From assembly GCF_009914755.1 (NCBI RefSeq), contig NC_060935.1: a DNA stretch of 64,000 bases; one strand, 5' to 3'. The notes under the pieces were generated by a model. That model was not told where the DNA came from and searched no databases. It was given only the letters and a program-made list of their open reading frames with translations. Below are positions 41,693 through 57,900 of the stretch, piece after piece. How positions within the stretch are numbered: position 1 is the first letter of the stretch; each line of letters opens with the position of its first letter. The position numbers and the translations under genes were made by a program. The DNA comes from the human T2T-CHM13v2.0 reference genome, Homo sapiens.

Positions 41693-42279
41693 TGTTGGGA
41701 AAAGCTGAGTGTTGGGAGAAGCTGAGGCAGGGCTTGCATGTCTGACATAACTTAAAAGAGTCTTGGAACATGTCCACGGTCCAGGGTCTAAAACCCCTTG
41801 TGGCCTTTGGAACACCAAGCTCTGTGCTAAAGGGTGGAAGGCTACCCTGACACACCATAATCTAAGCCCAGGGCATAAAATACCTTGTAGCTTGGATAGA
41901 ATCCAGGGCTTGTCGCTCTGGAATGTGTCTAGACTTGCTGGCTCCTTGCTCCTTGCTCTCCAGGATCGATTGTATCTTGAGTTAAAAGAACCTGCTCTCC
42001 ATTATCTCAAGTAGCAGAGCAAATACTAAACCATCACAGCGTAAATCATGTGCTTAATGCAATGTGACCTTTTGACCTCCACATTCTCACCACCTGTTTC
42101 TTTGTTGGATTACCAATAAATAGGGTGGGCTCCCAGAGCTCAGGGCCTTCGCAGCCTCCACAATAGTCATGGCCCCCTGGGTCCCACCTTTATCTCTCAA
42201 ACTGTCTTTTTCTGAATCCTTTGACTCTTCCGGACTTTGTCACCCCCACGACCTGGTGTTGGGTCTGATCACCCCAACA
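41693..42279 (+). mobile_element. LTR14B-like (HERV-K14/HML-1) solo LTR
   Basis: TGTTGGGAAAAGCTGAG...GGTCTGATCACCCCAACA, 587 bp, with terminal IR TGTTGGG/CCCAACA, AATAAA at 42115 and perfect TSD TAGAC. Family name is from memory. Confidence 0.75.
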
Positions 42280-42763
42280 TAGACAAATGAAACAAAATAG
42301 AGAATCCAGAAATAAACCCATACACCTACAGCCATCTGATCTTTGACAAAATTGACAAAAATAAGCAATGGGGAAAAGATTCCCTATTCAATAAATGATG
42401 CTGTGCTAACTGGCTTGCCATGTGTGGAAGAATGAAACTGGTCCCTTAATTTTCACCATCTACAAAAATTAACTCAAGATGCATGAAGGACTCAAATGTA
42501 AGACCTCAAATTATAAGAGTCCTAGAAAAACCTAGGAAATACCATTCTGGACTTTGGCTTTGGGAAAGAATTTATGACTAAGTTCTCAAAAGCAATTGCA
42601 ACAAAACCAAAAATAGACAAGTGGGACCTAATTAAAGACCTTCTGCACAGCAGAATAAACTATCAACAGAGTAAGCAGAAAATCTACAGAATGAAAAAAT
42701 ACATTTGCAAACTGTGCATCAAAGGTTTAATATCCAGAATATATAAGAAACGTAAACAATTCA

Positions 42764-43263
<500 letters not shown>

Positions 43264-43396
43264 TAAAAATTCAAAAGACAACAGACGCTGGCAAGGCTGT
43301 GGAGAAAAGGGAATGCTTATACACTGTTGGTAGAAATGTAAATTAATTCAGCCACTGTGGAAAGCAATTTGGAGGTATCTCAAAGAACTTAAAACA

Positions 43397-43700
43397 GGTC
43401 AGGTGCAGTGGCTCACGCCTGTAATCCCAACACTTTGGGAGGCTGAGGCTGGTGGATCATGAGGTCAGGAGTTCTAGACCAGCCTGGCCAAGATGGTGAA
43501 ACCCTGTCTCTACTACAAATACAAAAATTAGCCAGATGTGGGGGCACCTGCCTGTAATCCTAGCTACTCGGGAGGCTGAGGCAGAGAATTGCTGGAACCC
43601 GGGAGGTAGAGGTTGCAGTGAGCTGAGATCGCACCACTGCACTCCTGCCTGGGTGACAGAGCAAGACCCCGTCTCAAAACAAAAACAAACAAACAAAAAA
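43397..43700 (+). mobile_element. Alu (AluSg-like)
   Basis: Sense Alu with an (AAAC)n tail. TSD AACTTAAAAC. Confidence 0.95.
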
Positions 43701-46179
43701 AACTTAAAACGGAACTTCCATTTGACCCAGTAATGTCATCACTGGGTATATACCTAAGGGAAAAGAAATCATTTTACCAAAGAGGCACGTGCACTCATAT
43801 GTTCATCACAGCACTACTCACAATAGAAAAGACATGGAATCAACCTAGATGCTCCATCAATGGTGGATTGGATAAAGAAAATGTGGAACATAGACACCAT
43901 GGAATACTACATAGCCATAACAAAGAACAAAATCATTTCCTTTACAGCAACATAGATACAGTTGGAAGCCATGATCCTAAGTGAATTAACAGAAACAGAA
44001 AACTGAATACAATGTATTAAGCATCGTGTACACATGCACATAAGTTGGGAACAATGGGCACTGCAGACAGACTGGGGAGAGAGGGAAGTGGGCAAGGTCT
44101 GAAAAAATCCCCATTAGGTACTATGCTCACTACTTTAGTGATGGGATCATTTGTACCCCAAACTTCAGTGTCACTCAATATATCCGTATTATGAACCTAC
44201 ACATATACCCCCTGAATCTAAAATAAAATTGAAATTATAAAAGAAAAACAAATGAAACAAAAAGCAAAAATATAATGTACGTGTAAATATCACATTAATA
44301 ACTTTTTGAAATATATTAATAGGGGAAATCTATCAGTATTTCAGATTATTTTTCTGGTCATTTTAGAACTTTTTATATATTTTCAAGTTCTACAAAATGG
44401 ATAATTATTGATTTTATGATCAGAAGCAAAGTTTTAAAATTTCTCCTGCCCATATTGAGCAAAGCCACCCTTTTAAATGAGATAACACTACTTATTTCTG
44501 TGTATGAATGTGCTAGAAATTTCATGTACATATTATTTTGATATCTTTCTGTCTATAGACTATCTAATAATATTATCCAGTACCCAACACATGTAGCATG
44601 GTAAGTTCTCAATAAATATTCATTGAATATTTATAAACATTATTATTATTTGAAGCACTCTCATACACAACTGAAAGTTGTACTGAATTGTATTTATTTA
44701 AAGTATGTCTTTAAGGTACTTCAGTATTTGCTTACTAATCTTTTACTATGGGAATGTTTAATTTGTTAGTATGAGCATCTCGCATTATATGAGGAAAAAT
44801 AGAGCTAGATGGGTGAAGTAACTTAGAGCACATCAATCAGCTGAAAAGATGAGATATGAATGCAAATTATCTGTCATGCTAGAAGTCTTTCTGGTATATG
44901 CTGCACTTTAATTTTAGTAATAATATTATAAAAAATAATTGAAAATCTGGTCTATCCTTACATTATGGTGTTGGTGTTGCCACATACTGTCATAAATTTT
45001 ATAATCAATCCAACAAAAATACTAACCCTGGCCATCTCTCCTTCCATTCTCCAAATATTTCAATTTTGCATCCCTTAATAGAAGTTTTTTTATAGCAGTC
45101 TGTGACCTGGCAAACAATCAAAAATGCTAAAGTCAGATTTTTTTTTCCTGGCTGCTTTTTATTTCATTTCCTCATTTCTTTTTATGAGATTGGTTTATGT
45201 TATTTGATTTCTCATTAAATTTTATATTTGTGAGTTTATGATTTCTCAGTTGTGCCAAGACTCCCTTGCTGCAAGTGATAGTAACAAGATAGATAACTTT
45301 GAGGAGTACAGTTTATTAGATTAAAAAATTTGTGTCTATATGCTTTTCTCCCAAGAGCATTCTATTTATTGTTTTAAAGAAAACCTACAGGTCTCTATGT
45401 TCTAAATTCTGTTTGAGTTCTTTAAAAACCATTATTTGTGTCATCAATGCAGCAGCAAATAAAAATCAGATTTATAAATGCTTTTTGTTTCATATTTTAC
45501 CATTTATGACTAGGGCTTATAAAAGTAAACCATAGCCATAGAACTAGGGTGGAAATTGACTGAATCTCCTGGAACGTTGTTACTTTTTAAAAAAATGAGA
45601 ATAATAATAACTCTCTTTTCTTCCTAGGACTGTTGTAAAGTCAAATGAGCAAATATTAATAAAAATGTGCAGAAATGGGAAATACTGCTATTGTAATTGT
45701 TTTCCTTTGTATTGAAACACGATTTACATAGTGGTGGACATTATTTGCATATCTAATTTTTCTACAATGTTCAGATGACTCTCTCTGGCTTACCTTTCAC
45801 ATAATCCCCAAGGGAGGTGTTTGGTTTCATCTTATATCAGTAAGTGTGATAGTTCTCAGGGCTCTTGTAGTTTGTGTCTCAATATTTTAGAAATTCAAGG
45901 GGAATTTAAAAGATATTTACCAGCGATTTCATGGTTCCATTTATAGTACTATGACCTCTGGTGGAGTCATTGAGTTATAGCAGGGTTTATTTATGTAGGA
46001 TCCAGAGGTTAATTAGTAAAATATTTTAGACTTGCACTTTTAATATTTAAAAAAATTATGTAGTTGCTGTATGAGTAATAAAATTAATGTAACATTATTC
46101 CATAATAGTACAATTATATTAAAAGCTTCTAATAAGTATTTGCATATTTTCTTAAAATAACTAAAAATTTTTAAATATA

Positions 46180-46502
<323 letters not shown>

Positions 46503-47139
46503 CGATTTTAAAATCATTTTGAATTAAAATGTTATATTTCTGTTTATAGAAAAATTTTTTACTTAGGAGCCATGAAATTCTTCCAAATGGGGTGTGTGTA
46601 TGTGTGTGTTTGTGTGTGTGTGTTTAACCATTGTTCGTGGAGAATCCATATAGCTTTAAACTGAATATTTGAAACATCATGATCTAATAAAGAATGAAGT
46701 CCACTGTCCTACAAATTTGGAACAGCTAAGCTACACAATATGTGCTTTCTTTCTTCAGAATGTAGATTCGAGGGGAAACCCGTAAGATTAGCCAAAAATG
46801 ACTAAATAATGTTTTCTGGCAGCACAACATTGTGAAGGTCATTCTCCCAATTCTCTTCATATTGAACTTTGGAGAGACCATGGTAAAGGTGAAAAAATAT
46901 TCAGTGAAATGGCTGGAAGAGAAAGTCAGATTTAGGTGAAAAGAAGAAGAAAGCTAAATTAATGCTATGAAAAAATTTTAATCACAGTGAGGTGAAAGTT
47001 GATGGTAAATGAGAAGCCTATTTTCTAACCTCAGCTCTAATGAAGAAATTTTTCATGCAACTGTACTATCATAAAATCTTTTGGTTGCAAGTGAAATTCT
47101 GTTTTCTCTAGCTTAGGCCAAAGAGAAAATTGCCTTTTT

Positions 47140-48528
<1,389 letters not shown>

Positions 48529-49099
48529 TATACCTCTTTTTTTATTTTTTATTTTTTTAAAATAAAGCTTGTGGGATACAGATAAAGCAATGCCCAGAGA
48601 AAAAATTACAGTTGTAAATACCCATGATAAAAATGAAGAAAGAGATTCTAATAATAGCCTAATATTTCACCATAAGAACCTAGAGAAATAATAGCAACCT
48701 AAATCTAAAATAAGTAGTAGAATTTTTGAAAAGTAGATTAGAGAGGATATTAATAAAATATAAGAGAAAAATCAATGAAATTACAAGTTTTTTTATTTGA
48801 AAATATCAATACAATTGACAAAATTTTAGCCAGACTAGCCAAGAAAAAAAGAAAGAAGACTCACTTTACCAAAATCAGAAGTGAAATATGGAACATCACT
48901 ATTGAGTTTACCTCTGCCTCCACAAAAAAGAGAGTCAATAAGGAAATATTGTGAACCAATATATGCCACTAATTAGATAACTAAGATTAAATGGACAAAT
49001 TCCTAAAAAACACAAAGTATCAAAACTGAATTAAAAATAATAGAAAGAATAGAACTATAACAAAGAGAATAGATCAGTAATTTAAATCTACTTACATAA

Positions 49100-49469
<370 letters not shown>

Positions 49470-49624
49470 AATTGATGCCAATTATTTACAAAATCGTGTA
49501 CAAAACAAATGAGAAGACAACACTTCCCATCTTGTTACCATTGTAATCATGATTACAAAAGCAGACAATGACATCTCAAGGAAAGTAAATGACAGACTAA
49601 TACATGTGAAAATAAAGGCACAAT

Positions 49625-50133
49625 TGAGATAGGAATAGCACTGGGTAGTCGTAGGAGGATGGAAAAAAAACAAACAATAGCTAAAACAGGAATTAGGCAA
49701 AAAAAAAAAAAAAAAGAAAGAAAGAAAACAGAAAACCCAAAATAAGGGAGAACAAAGAGAAAATGACCAATACTCTTGTCACGGAGACATGTCCATAACT
49801 CTTCCAGGCAAACCCAAATAAGGGTGAAAGGGGCAGTAACCAGGAGACCTGAAATCCACTGTTTTCCAGAATACTTAATGATTATTCCAACCCCCTAATT
49901 AAAGACACACCCATCAAATTAGAAATCCAAACTCCGCTGTGCGTAACTCATTCTCATGAGGATGCCCACACTTCTCTAGGTGGCTACTTTTGCTTTACAG
50001 TAAAAGCTTCTTGGCTTTTACTTTATTGTGAGCTATCCTCGAATTCTTTCTCATGCTGATGACAAGAACAGCTAGACTGGTTGGGGCTGGGATCTCACAT
50101 CATCTGGAGACCAACCTTAGCCCTCCGGCAACA
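49625..50133 (+). mobile_element. MER66-like ERV1 solo LTR
   Basis: TGAGATAGGAATAGCACTGGGTAGTCG...CCCTCCGGCAACA with 4-bp TSD CAAT/CAGT. Confidence 0.65.
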
Positions 50134-50660
50134 CAGTGATGCACAGCAAATCTCTAGAGCTTATATATTTTTCTTTACTGAAACTTTTCGCCCACTGCTT
50201 GGTAGTAACTCCTATTTGCCTCTTCCCCCAGCTCCTAGCAACCACCATTCCACTCTTTTTTTTTTTTGACAAATAAAACTATACGTATGTACTATGTACA
50301 ACACACTATTTTAAAGGATATATACATTGTGAAATGACTGGCTTTAGCTAATTAACATATTCATTAGCTCGCATTATTATTTTTATGGTGAGAACACTTT
50401 GCATCCAGTCTGTTACCATTATTCATGGTTGCAAAAAAGTAGATCTCAAAAAAGTAGAGGGTAGAATGGTGGATGTCAGAGGCTGGAGTGGGTGGGAGGT
50501 GTGGAATTGGGGAGATGTTGGTCAAACGATACCAAATTTCAGTTAGAAGGAAAAAGTTCAAGAGGATCTATTCCACAGTATGGTTACTGTAGTTAACCAC
50601 ATATTGTGTTCTATTCTATTCTGTGATTCCATAAATTTGAATATTTTTGATATCTCATAT
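50134..50660 (-). mobile_element. Antisense L1MA fragment carrying a nested, 5'-inverted L1MA (50257-50612)
   Basis: Host sequence CCCCAGCTCCTAGCAACCACCATTC resumes at 50613. The insert is an antisense 3' end followed by a sense segment. TSD ATTCCACTCT/ATTCTATTCT. Confidence 0.75.
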
Positions 50661-51015
50661 GTCTTGGTGCTGTTATAACAAAATAGCATAGACTATGTAA
50701 TTTATAAACAACATAAACTTATTTCTCACATTTCTGGAGGCCTAGAAGTCCAAGATCAAGGTGCTGGCAGGTTCAGTGTCAGGTGAGGGCTGCTTGCAAG
50801 ATGACACCTTTTTGTTATATCTTCTAGAGGGGGGAACCTGTGTCTTCACAGACAAAAGGGGTTGAAGAACAGAAGGGCACCTACATGGTTATCTCTGCCC
50901 CTTCTGTAAGGAATTCATCCTATTTATGAGGGCAGAGCGTTCATAGCCTCATCAATGGCCTAAAGATGCATCTCTTAATGCTGTTATAGCAGAGATGAAT
51001 TTAACATAAATTTTG
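50661..51015 (-). mobile_element. MSTC/MSTD-like MaLR LTR
   Basis: GCTGTTATAACAAAATAGCATAGACT...TTCTGGAGGCCTAGAAGTCCAAGATCAAGGTGCTGGCAG. Confidence 0.8.
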
Positions 51016-51298
51016 CCTTTAAATACTAGACGTAAGATGCTAACTTAGATCTTCTGATACCAAATGGGTTGTTGTATTTCATACCACAGATGCCTCTATA
51101 ACATGTTAACATTTAAATAACTTCACATAATGGTAACACTTAACAACATTATTGCCCAGTCACTGAAGTCTTAAAGTTCATGTTATTCATCCGAAAAGAC
51201 CTGGATGAAATTCAAAATAGGACAGGCATGTGTTGATGAATTAAACACAAAGGAACTGGATTTTAGTTTTACATCAGATATACAAAGAGCTTGGAAGG

Positions 51299-52291
51299 GA
51301 CAAGGGATTAATCACCAGAATATGTAAGAAGCTCAAACAAGTCAATAGGAAAAAAATCTAATAATCCAATCCAAAGATGGGCAAAAGATTTGAATAGATA
51401 TTTCTCAAAAATAAGTCATACAAATGGCAAACAGGCATATGAAAACGTGCTCAACATCATTGATCATCAGATAAATGGAAATCAAAACTACAATGCATTA
51501 TCATCTCAACCCAGTTAAAATGGCTTTTATTCAAAAGACAGGCAATAGCAAATGCTGACAAGGATGTGGAGAAAAGGCAACCCTCCTTCACTGTTGGTGG
51601 GAATGTAAATTAGTACAACCACTATGGAGAACAGTGTGGAGGTTCCTCACACAAGTGAAAATAGCGTTACCATACAATCTAGCCATCCCCACTGCTGGGT
51701 ATATGCCCAAAAGAAAGGAAATCATTATATTGAAGAGATATCTGCACTCCCATGTTTGTTGTAGCTGTGTTCACAATAGCCAAGATTTGGAAGCAACCTA
51801 AGTGTCCATCAACAGATGAATAAAGAAAAGGTGTTACTTATACATAATGGCATACCATTTAGCCATAAAAATGAACTAGACTCAGTTATTTGCAACAACA
51901 TAGATGGAACTGGAAGTTATGTTAAGTGAAATAATCCAAACATCACATGTTCTCACTTATTTGTAGCATCTAAACTCAAAACAACTGATCTCATGGATAT
52001 AGAGATAGGATAGTCACGATAGGCTGAGAAGGATAGTGGTGGTGTGATGGGGAGGTGGGGATGGTTAATGAATACAAAAAAAAATAGAATACATGAGTAA
52101 GACCTAGATTTTGATAGCAGAACAGGGTGACTGTAGTCTATAATAATTAAATTGTACATTTTAAACTAAAATAGTATGATTGAGTTGTTTATAACACAAA
52201 GGATAAATGCTCAAGGGGATGGATGCCCCATCTTCCATGTTATGATTATTATATATTACATGCCTGTGTCAAAACATCTCATGTACCTCAG

Positions 52292-52327
<36 letters not shown>

Positions 52328-52360
52328 CTACTAAGGGCACACAAAATTAACAATTTAAAT
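51299..52360 (+). mobile_element. 5'-truncated L1MA (approximately L1MA1-3) with (TA)n(CA)n near its 3' end
   Basis: GACAAGGGATTAATCACCAGAATATG...CACAAAGGATAAATGCTCAAGGGGATGGATGCCCCA. Confidence 0.88.
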
Positions 52361-52856
52361 AAATAACTAGGAATAGATAAATAAATATATAAATAAATAA
52401 ATTGGAATATATCCTATTACTAAATAAATAGGAATAGAAGGAACTATCTTTACTTGAATAATATCTGCCAAACAACATGATAACATCATACTTAATGGTG
52501 AGAAATGAGATGCTTTTCTTCTAAGATCTAAGGTACCTCATTACTTCTATTCAACATTATACTAGAACTTTTAGCTAGTGCAGCAAGATCAGAGAAAAAT
52601 AAAAAGTAAACACATTGGAAATAATAAATGAATAAAAACTCAATTCACAGATAACATTATTGTCTAGGTAAAAAAACTCAAAGAATCTACAAGAAAACTA
52701 GAACTAATATGTGTATAAAAAACACAAGAAACAAGTTTAATATACAGGAGTCAAGAGGTTTACTACATATGTAAAATGCACAACTGATATATAAAATAAG
52801 CAATATCATTTATAATAGCACACCCAAAAATACTAAAATATAAATTTTAAAAAAGC

Positions 52857-53159
52857 AGCTGGACACAGTGGCTTACGCCTGTAATCCCAGCATTTTTGGA
52901 GTCTGAGGCGGGTGGATCAATTGAAGTCAGGAATCAAGACCAGCCTGGCCAACATGGTGAAACCGCATCTCTACTAAAATACAAAAATTTTCTGGGAGTG
53001 GTGGCACATGCCTCTAATTCCAGCTACTCAGGAGGCTGAGGCAGGAGAATTGCTGGAATCTGGGAGGTGGAGGTTGCTGCGAGCCAAGATTGCACCACTG
53101 CATTCCAGCCTGGGTGATGAAGCGAGACCCCCTCTCAAAAAAAAAAAAAAAAAAAAAAA
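52857..53159 (+). mobile_element. Alu (AluS-type)
   Basis: Dimeric Alu with a long A-tail. Confidence 0.93.
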
Positions 53160-53682
53160 TCTAAAAAAATGTATGACACCTATATGTAGGAAACTTCAAA
53201 ACACTGATGAAAACATTTTTTCAAAAGTATAATCAGTAGATATCCTGCACTCATGTAATCACAATATCCTGTCAAGTTATATTTTAAATATTGAACAACT
53301 GCTTCTAAAGTTTTTTATGGAAAGCCATAGACCTAGAATAGTTAAATAAATACTGAAGAACAAAGTTGGAAGTTTTACAGTACCACCCAACCTCAAGATT
53401 AGCTATAATTTTACAGTGATGAAGACAGCATGATATTGGTGAAAATATAGACACATACATTAACGGAAAGGAACAAGGAACCCAGAAATAGCTCCACGCA
53501 AATATAACTAACTGATCTTTCATATAGCAGCATGGTTAACTCAAGAACAGTGCTCTCAACAAATGATGTTGAAACGACTGAATGTCCATATGCAAAAAAA
53601 AAAAAAAAAAATGAACCTAGACACAGGCTTTACATGGGAATAACTCAAAATCGTCCTCATGCTAACTCTAAAATGTCAAACT

Positions 53683-53980
53683 GGCTGGGTGCAGTGGCTC
53701 ACGCCTGTAATCCCAGCACTTGGGGACGCTGAGGTGGGTGGATCACAAGGTCTGGAGTTCAAGACCAACCTGGTCAAGATAGTGAAACCCTGTCTTTGCT
53801 GAAAAAAAAAAAAATTAGCTGGGCATGGTACTGTGCGCCTGTAATCCCAGCTACTCGGGAGGCTGAAGCAGAGAATTGCTTGAACCCAGGAAACCGAGGT
53901 TGCAGTGAGCCAAGATTGTCTCACTGCACTCCAGCCTGGGTGACAGAGCTAGACTCCATCTCAAAAAAAAAAAAAAAAAA
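53683..53980 (+). mobile_element. Alu (AluSg-like)
   Basis: Dimeric Alu with TSD AAAAT(A)GTCAAACT. Confidence 0.93.
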
Positions 53981-54222
53981 TAGTCAAACTGTAAAACTTC
54001 TTGAAGAAAACATAAGAGAAAATGTACATGTTCTTGGATTAGTGAAGAGTTTTAAAATATAAGTGTAACATCCCAATAACATGGTAGTTAATAGAAAATT
54101 GATAACTTAGAATTATTAACATTTAAAACTTCTCTGCAAAAGACAATGGTGACAGAATGAAGAGTTCAGCCACAAGGCTGGGAGAAAATATTTGCAAAAC
54201 ATATACCTGATAAAGTATTTGA

Positions 54223-54521
54223 TTTTTTATTTATTTCTTTTGAGACAGGGTCCCACTTTGATGCCCAGGCTGGAGTGCAGTGGAGCAATCACAGCTCACT
54301 GCAACCTCGACCTCCTAGGCTCAAGTGATCCTCCCGCCTTAGCCTCCTGAGTAGCTAGGACTACAGGTGTGCGTCACGTGGGGTTGTTTTGAAATTTTTT
54401 GTAGAGATTGGGGTTTCACCATACCGCACAGGCTGGTCTTGAACTTCTGGGCTCAAGTGATCCACCCACTTTGGCCTCCTAGAGTGCTAGAATTACCAGG
54501 CGTGAGCCACTATGCCTGACC
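54223..54521 (-). mobile_element. AluJ
   Basis: J-diagnostic GAGACAGGGTC, ACAGCTCACTGCAACCTCGACCTCCTAGGCTCAAGTGATCCTCCC and GGGCTCAAGTGATCC. Confidence 0.9.
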
Positions 54522-54866
54522 TTGAATTTAAAATGTATTTTAAAATGCTTAAAACAACCATAAGAAAATAACCAACTAAAAATAGGCAAAAGATCTGATC
54601 AGGTAGCTCACAAAAGAAGATATACAGATGGCAAGTAAAGGTGTGAAAAGATGCTTAACATCAGTTGTCATTAGGAAATTAAACAACAACAATAACAAGA
54701 TACTATATTTCCATTAGAATGCCTGAAATCCCAAACCTGACAACACTATTAATAATTGCTGTACAGGATGCAAAGCAACAAGAACTCTCTTGGGAGTTAC
54801 CAAATAGTACAGCCAGTTTGGAAGATAGGCAGTTCCCATAGAAAACTAAACATTGTCTCACTTTAG

Positions 54867-54923
54867 GATCCAACAATTACGGTATGATCCAACAATTATG
54901 GTATGATCCAACAATTATGGTAC
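54867..54923. repeat. 19-bp tandem repeat x3 inside L1M
   Basis: GATCCAACAATTA(C/T)GGTA(T/C) occurs three times. Confidence 0.95.
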
Positions 54924-57900
54924 TACTATTTACCCAATTGATATAAAAAATATGTCCACAAAAAATCTGTATGCAAATGTTTACAGTATTTGACTCATAA
55001 TAAAACTACAAGCAACCAAAATATCCTTCTATTGGATAAATAATTTATGATACTATTGTGCAATGGAATATTATTCAGTGATAAAAGAAAATAAACTTCA
55101 AGCCACAGAAAGGTATGAATGAATCTTAAATGCACATTGTTAAATGAAAGAAGCCAAGTCTGAAGTTCCGCATACTGTATGATTTTAGTTATATGACTTT
55201 CTGGAAAGGCTAACAGATCAGTGTTTGACAGGATCTTGACAATAGGTAAGGTTGAGGGTTGAGTAGGTGAAGCACAGAGGATTTTTTTAGGGTTTGAAAG
55301 TATTCTGTATAATACTGTAATGGTGAGTATAAGACATCAAACTTTTGTCAAAACCCACAGAAAAAGAATAAACTCTATATGTATGCAAATAAAAAATCAT
55401 TAAGGATGTCAGAGTGTTCCAGGATGAAAATCAGAATGTAACAAAAGGATCTAAATGCTTTACAAAGATGTGACAACCTCATTGAATGGGTTGGAGGGAG
55501 AAGTTGTCAGCCTAGGTAACTTTGGAAATGAGTGGAGTCTGCAAGACTAAAGAAAAAGGAGCTGCCACGAAACTTTGCTCAAGTTGATAAAGTATTTTTC
55601 CCGCAGGAATTCATGTTAAAAATTCTGAAACCTTTATACATGTATTCTGGAATTGAGCAATTAAATAAATGGATGGCCAGCGATTGAAGTCAGGTTTCTC
55701 ACTGGTGGAATGAAAGGTTAGAGAGAGACTAGAAAAGGATGCTTGAGTGATCCATATATTAATGTATGAGCATTGGAGACTTCAACTGGTGCTTATATTT
55801 AGCCTGATAAAGATAAAAATATACATATAAATATGTATGTATATATACATGTATTAGTATAGACACATTCATTTTCTTGTTCCATCATCTGGAAGGTTCT
55901 CAGAAGGTAGCAATGAGCATACCACTAGATCTTGGTTTCTTATACTATTGTCCAATAAAAGGAACCAGGGCTTTTGGTAGAAATGGTTGATTATAGATTA
56001 GCGAGGAAATTTACAATATTATCCTAGGTAATTTTGCAGTGACAGAAAGTAAATGCTTAAATAAACACCACATGATAGGTATGTCAAAGAGACACTAGAG
56101 CCTACTGAAAGAATTTCCAATTACTGAACAACATGGAACAACATGAGTGGAAAAAGAAAAGATTTTGTAATGAATTATAACTCAAAGTATAAAGTAAATA
56201 CTCATAAATCTATATTGATAGAAATAAGTGAATGGATAAATAAGTGAACAGAGGGGGCCCCTTTTTCTCGCAAAGAATCCACTTTCACTTTAAGGAAGTG
56301 AGGCTGTAATCCCCACTCCTCAAGTGCAGGCTGTGTGTAATGATTTCATTCCAAAGAGTACAGTGTGCAAAGGGATAAAAAGAGTAACATTACTGTGGAG
56401 ATTCTTGGCAAACACTACCTCAGCCATGCGATCAAGCTTAATATCACCAGTAGTGAATCACACTGATAGAATGTTCTCTTGATGTGATGTAATGAAACTA
56501 GCACTCTTTACCTTTGTGGTCATCCCCAAAATGCATACCTCCAGTCTAATCATGAGGAAAGCATCAGAAAAATCTCAATTGAGGGAGGGGCCACCAAATA
56601 CCTGACCAGTGCTCCTCAAACTATCAAGGATATAAAAAACAACAAAAAAATTAAAATATTGTAAAATTCAAGAGGAGACTAAAGAGACATGACAATAAAA
56701 ATGTGGTATCATAGGTGTTCCTGGGACAGAAAAATGATATTGGGTAAAAAAAGAAGGCATATAAATACAGCGTAGATAGTTAATAATGTATCAATACTTG
56801 TTAATTAACAAATGTATCATACTAACGTTAAGATATTAATAAAAGAGAAAATATATGCTAGTTATGAGAAAATTCTGTACTATCTTTGCAAGTTTTCTGG
56901 AAATTTAAAACTCTTCTAATACAAAAATTGTATTTAAAAAAGAAACAAAACTCAAATCAAGGAGCTTATTTGTTTTCCAGGTAATATCAACCGAAGTATT
57001 ATTGAGCCAACTGCTAAGCCTTAGGGGCTGGGAACTGCAGTGTCTGGGGAAGAGTAGATATTACTATTGTAAGTGAGCTGTTCTCAATCTTGTCTTTTCA
57101 ATTCCCTCGTATACTACATGCTATAGTCAAAGCAGTAAACCTTCCTTTCCTTAAGCAGACCACACTCTTTCATGCCTGGGTGTCTTTCTTCATACTGGCC
57201 AATTTTGCTTCAAATATCCTTCTATAGCTCGCCTCTCTAAAGAATTCATGTGTTAAGACATAACATTCATATTATCCTCTTTAGCCCCCGAGTAGAAAGA
57301 AGTGTTCAGTGTTCCAGAAATCATTGTTTACACCACCAAAGTGGATTATAATCACTGATTTAAGAATCTTTCTTCCACACTAGAGTGTGTATCCCTTAAG
57401 GATATTTCTTATCAGTACCCCAGTATCAAGGAGTTCTAAATGCTTGATAAGCTTTTTTGGCTCAATAATTGTTTATTAACCCACAATTATTTTAACTGTT
57501 TATCCCCTGGACTAATAGATGACCTTTGCTCATGGCTTTTGGGTCTCTATTCTTGACAGAAACATGTTCACAATTTTAAGTTGTATTCTGGGATGGATCT
57601 AGGTTCAGGTTTTATCTATGCTTCCTACTAAGCCTATGTGTTTGAACAAGTTGCCAAGCCTTTCTAATCATAATTATTTTCTCTGTAAAATAGGTATCAT
57701 AATAGTACAAGCATTATAGTTTTTTTTTAAAAAGAAGATGCTAATATATACATATTTAGCATTATATAACATGTAGTAAATACTAAATTATTATTGCTAA
57801 TAGAAAATTAATCCTTCTTTTATCTAGTTATAAGCCTGATCAAAGACAGTCCTTATAAATAAAGAGGAAGTTGCATTAATGAAAGACTCTTAAAAAATGC

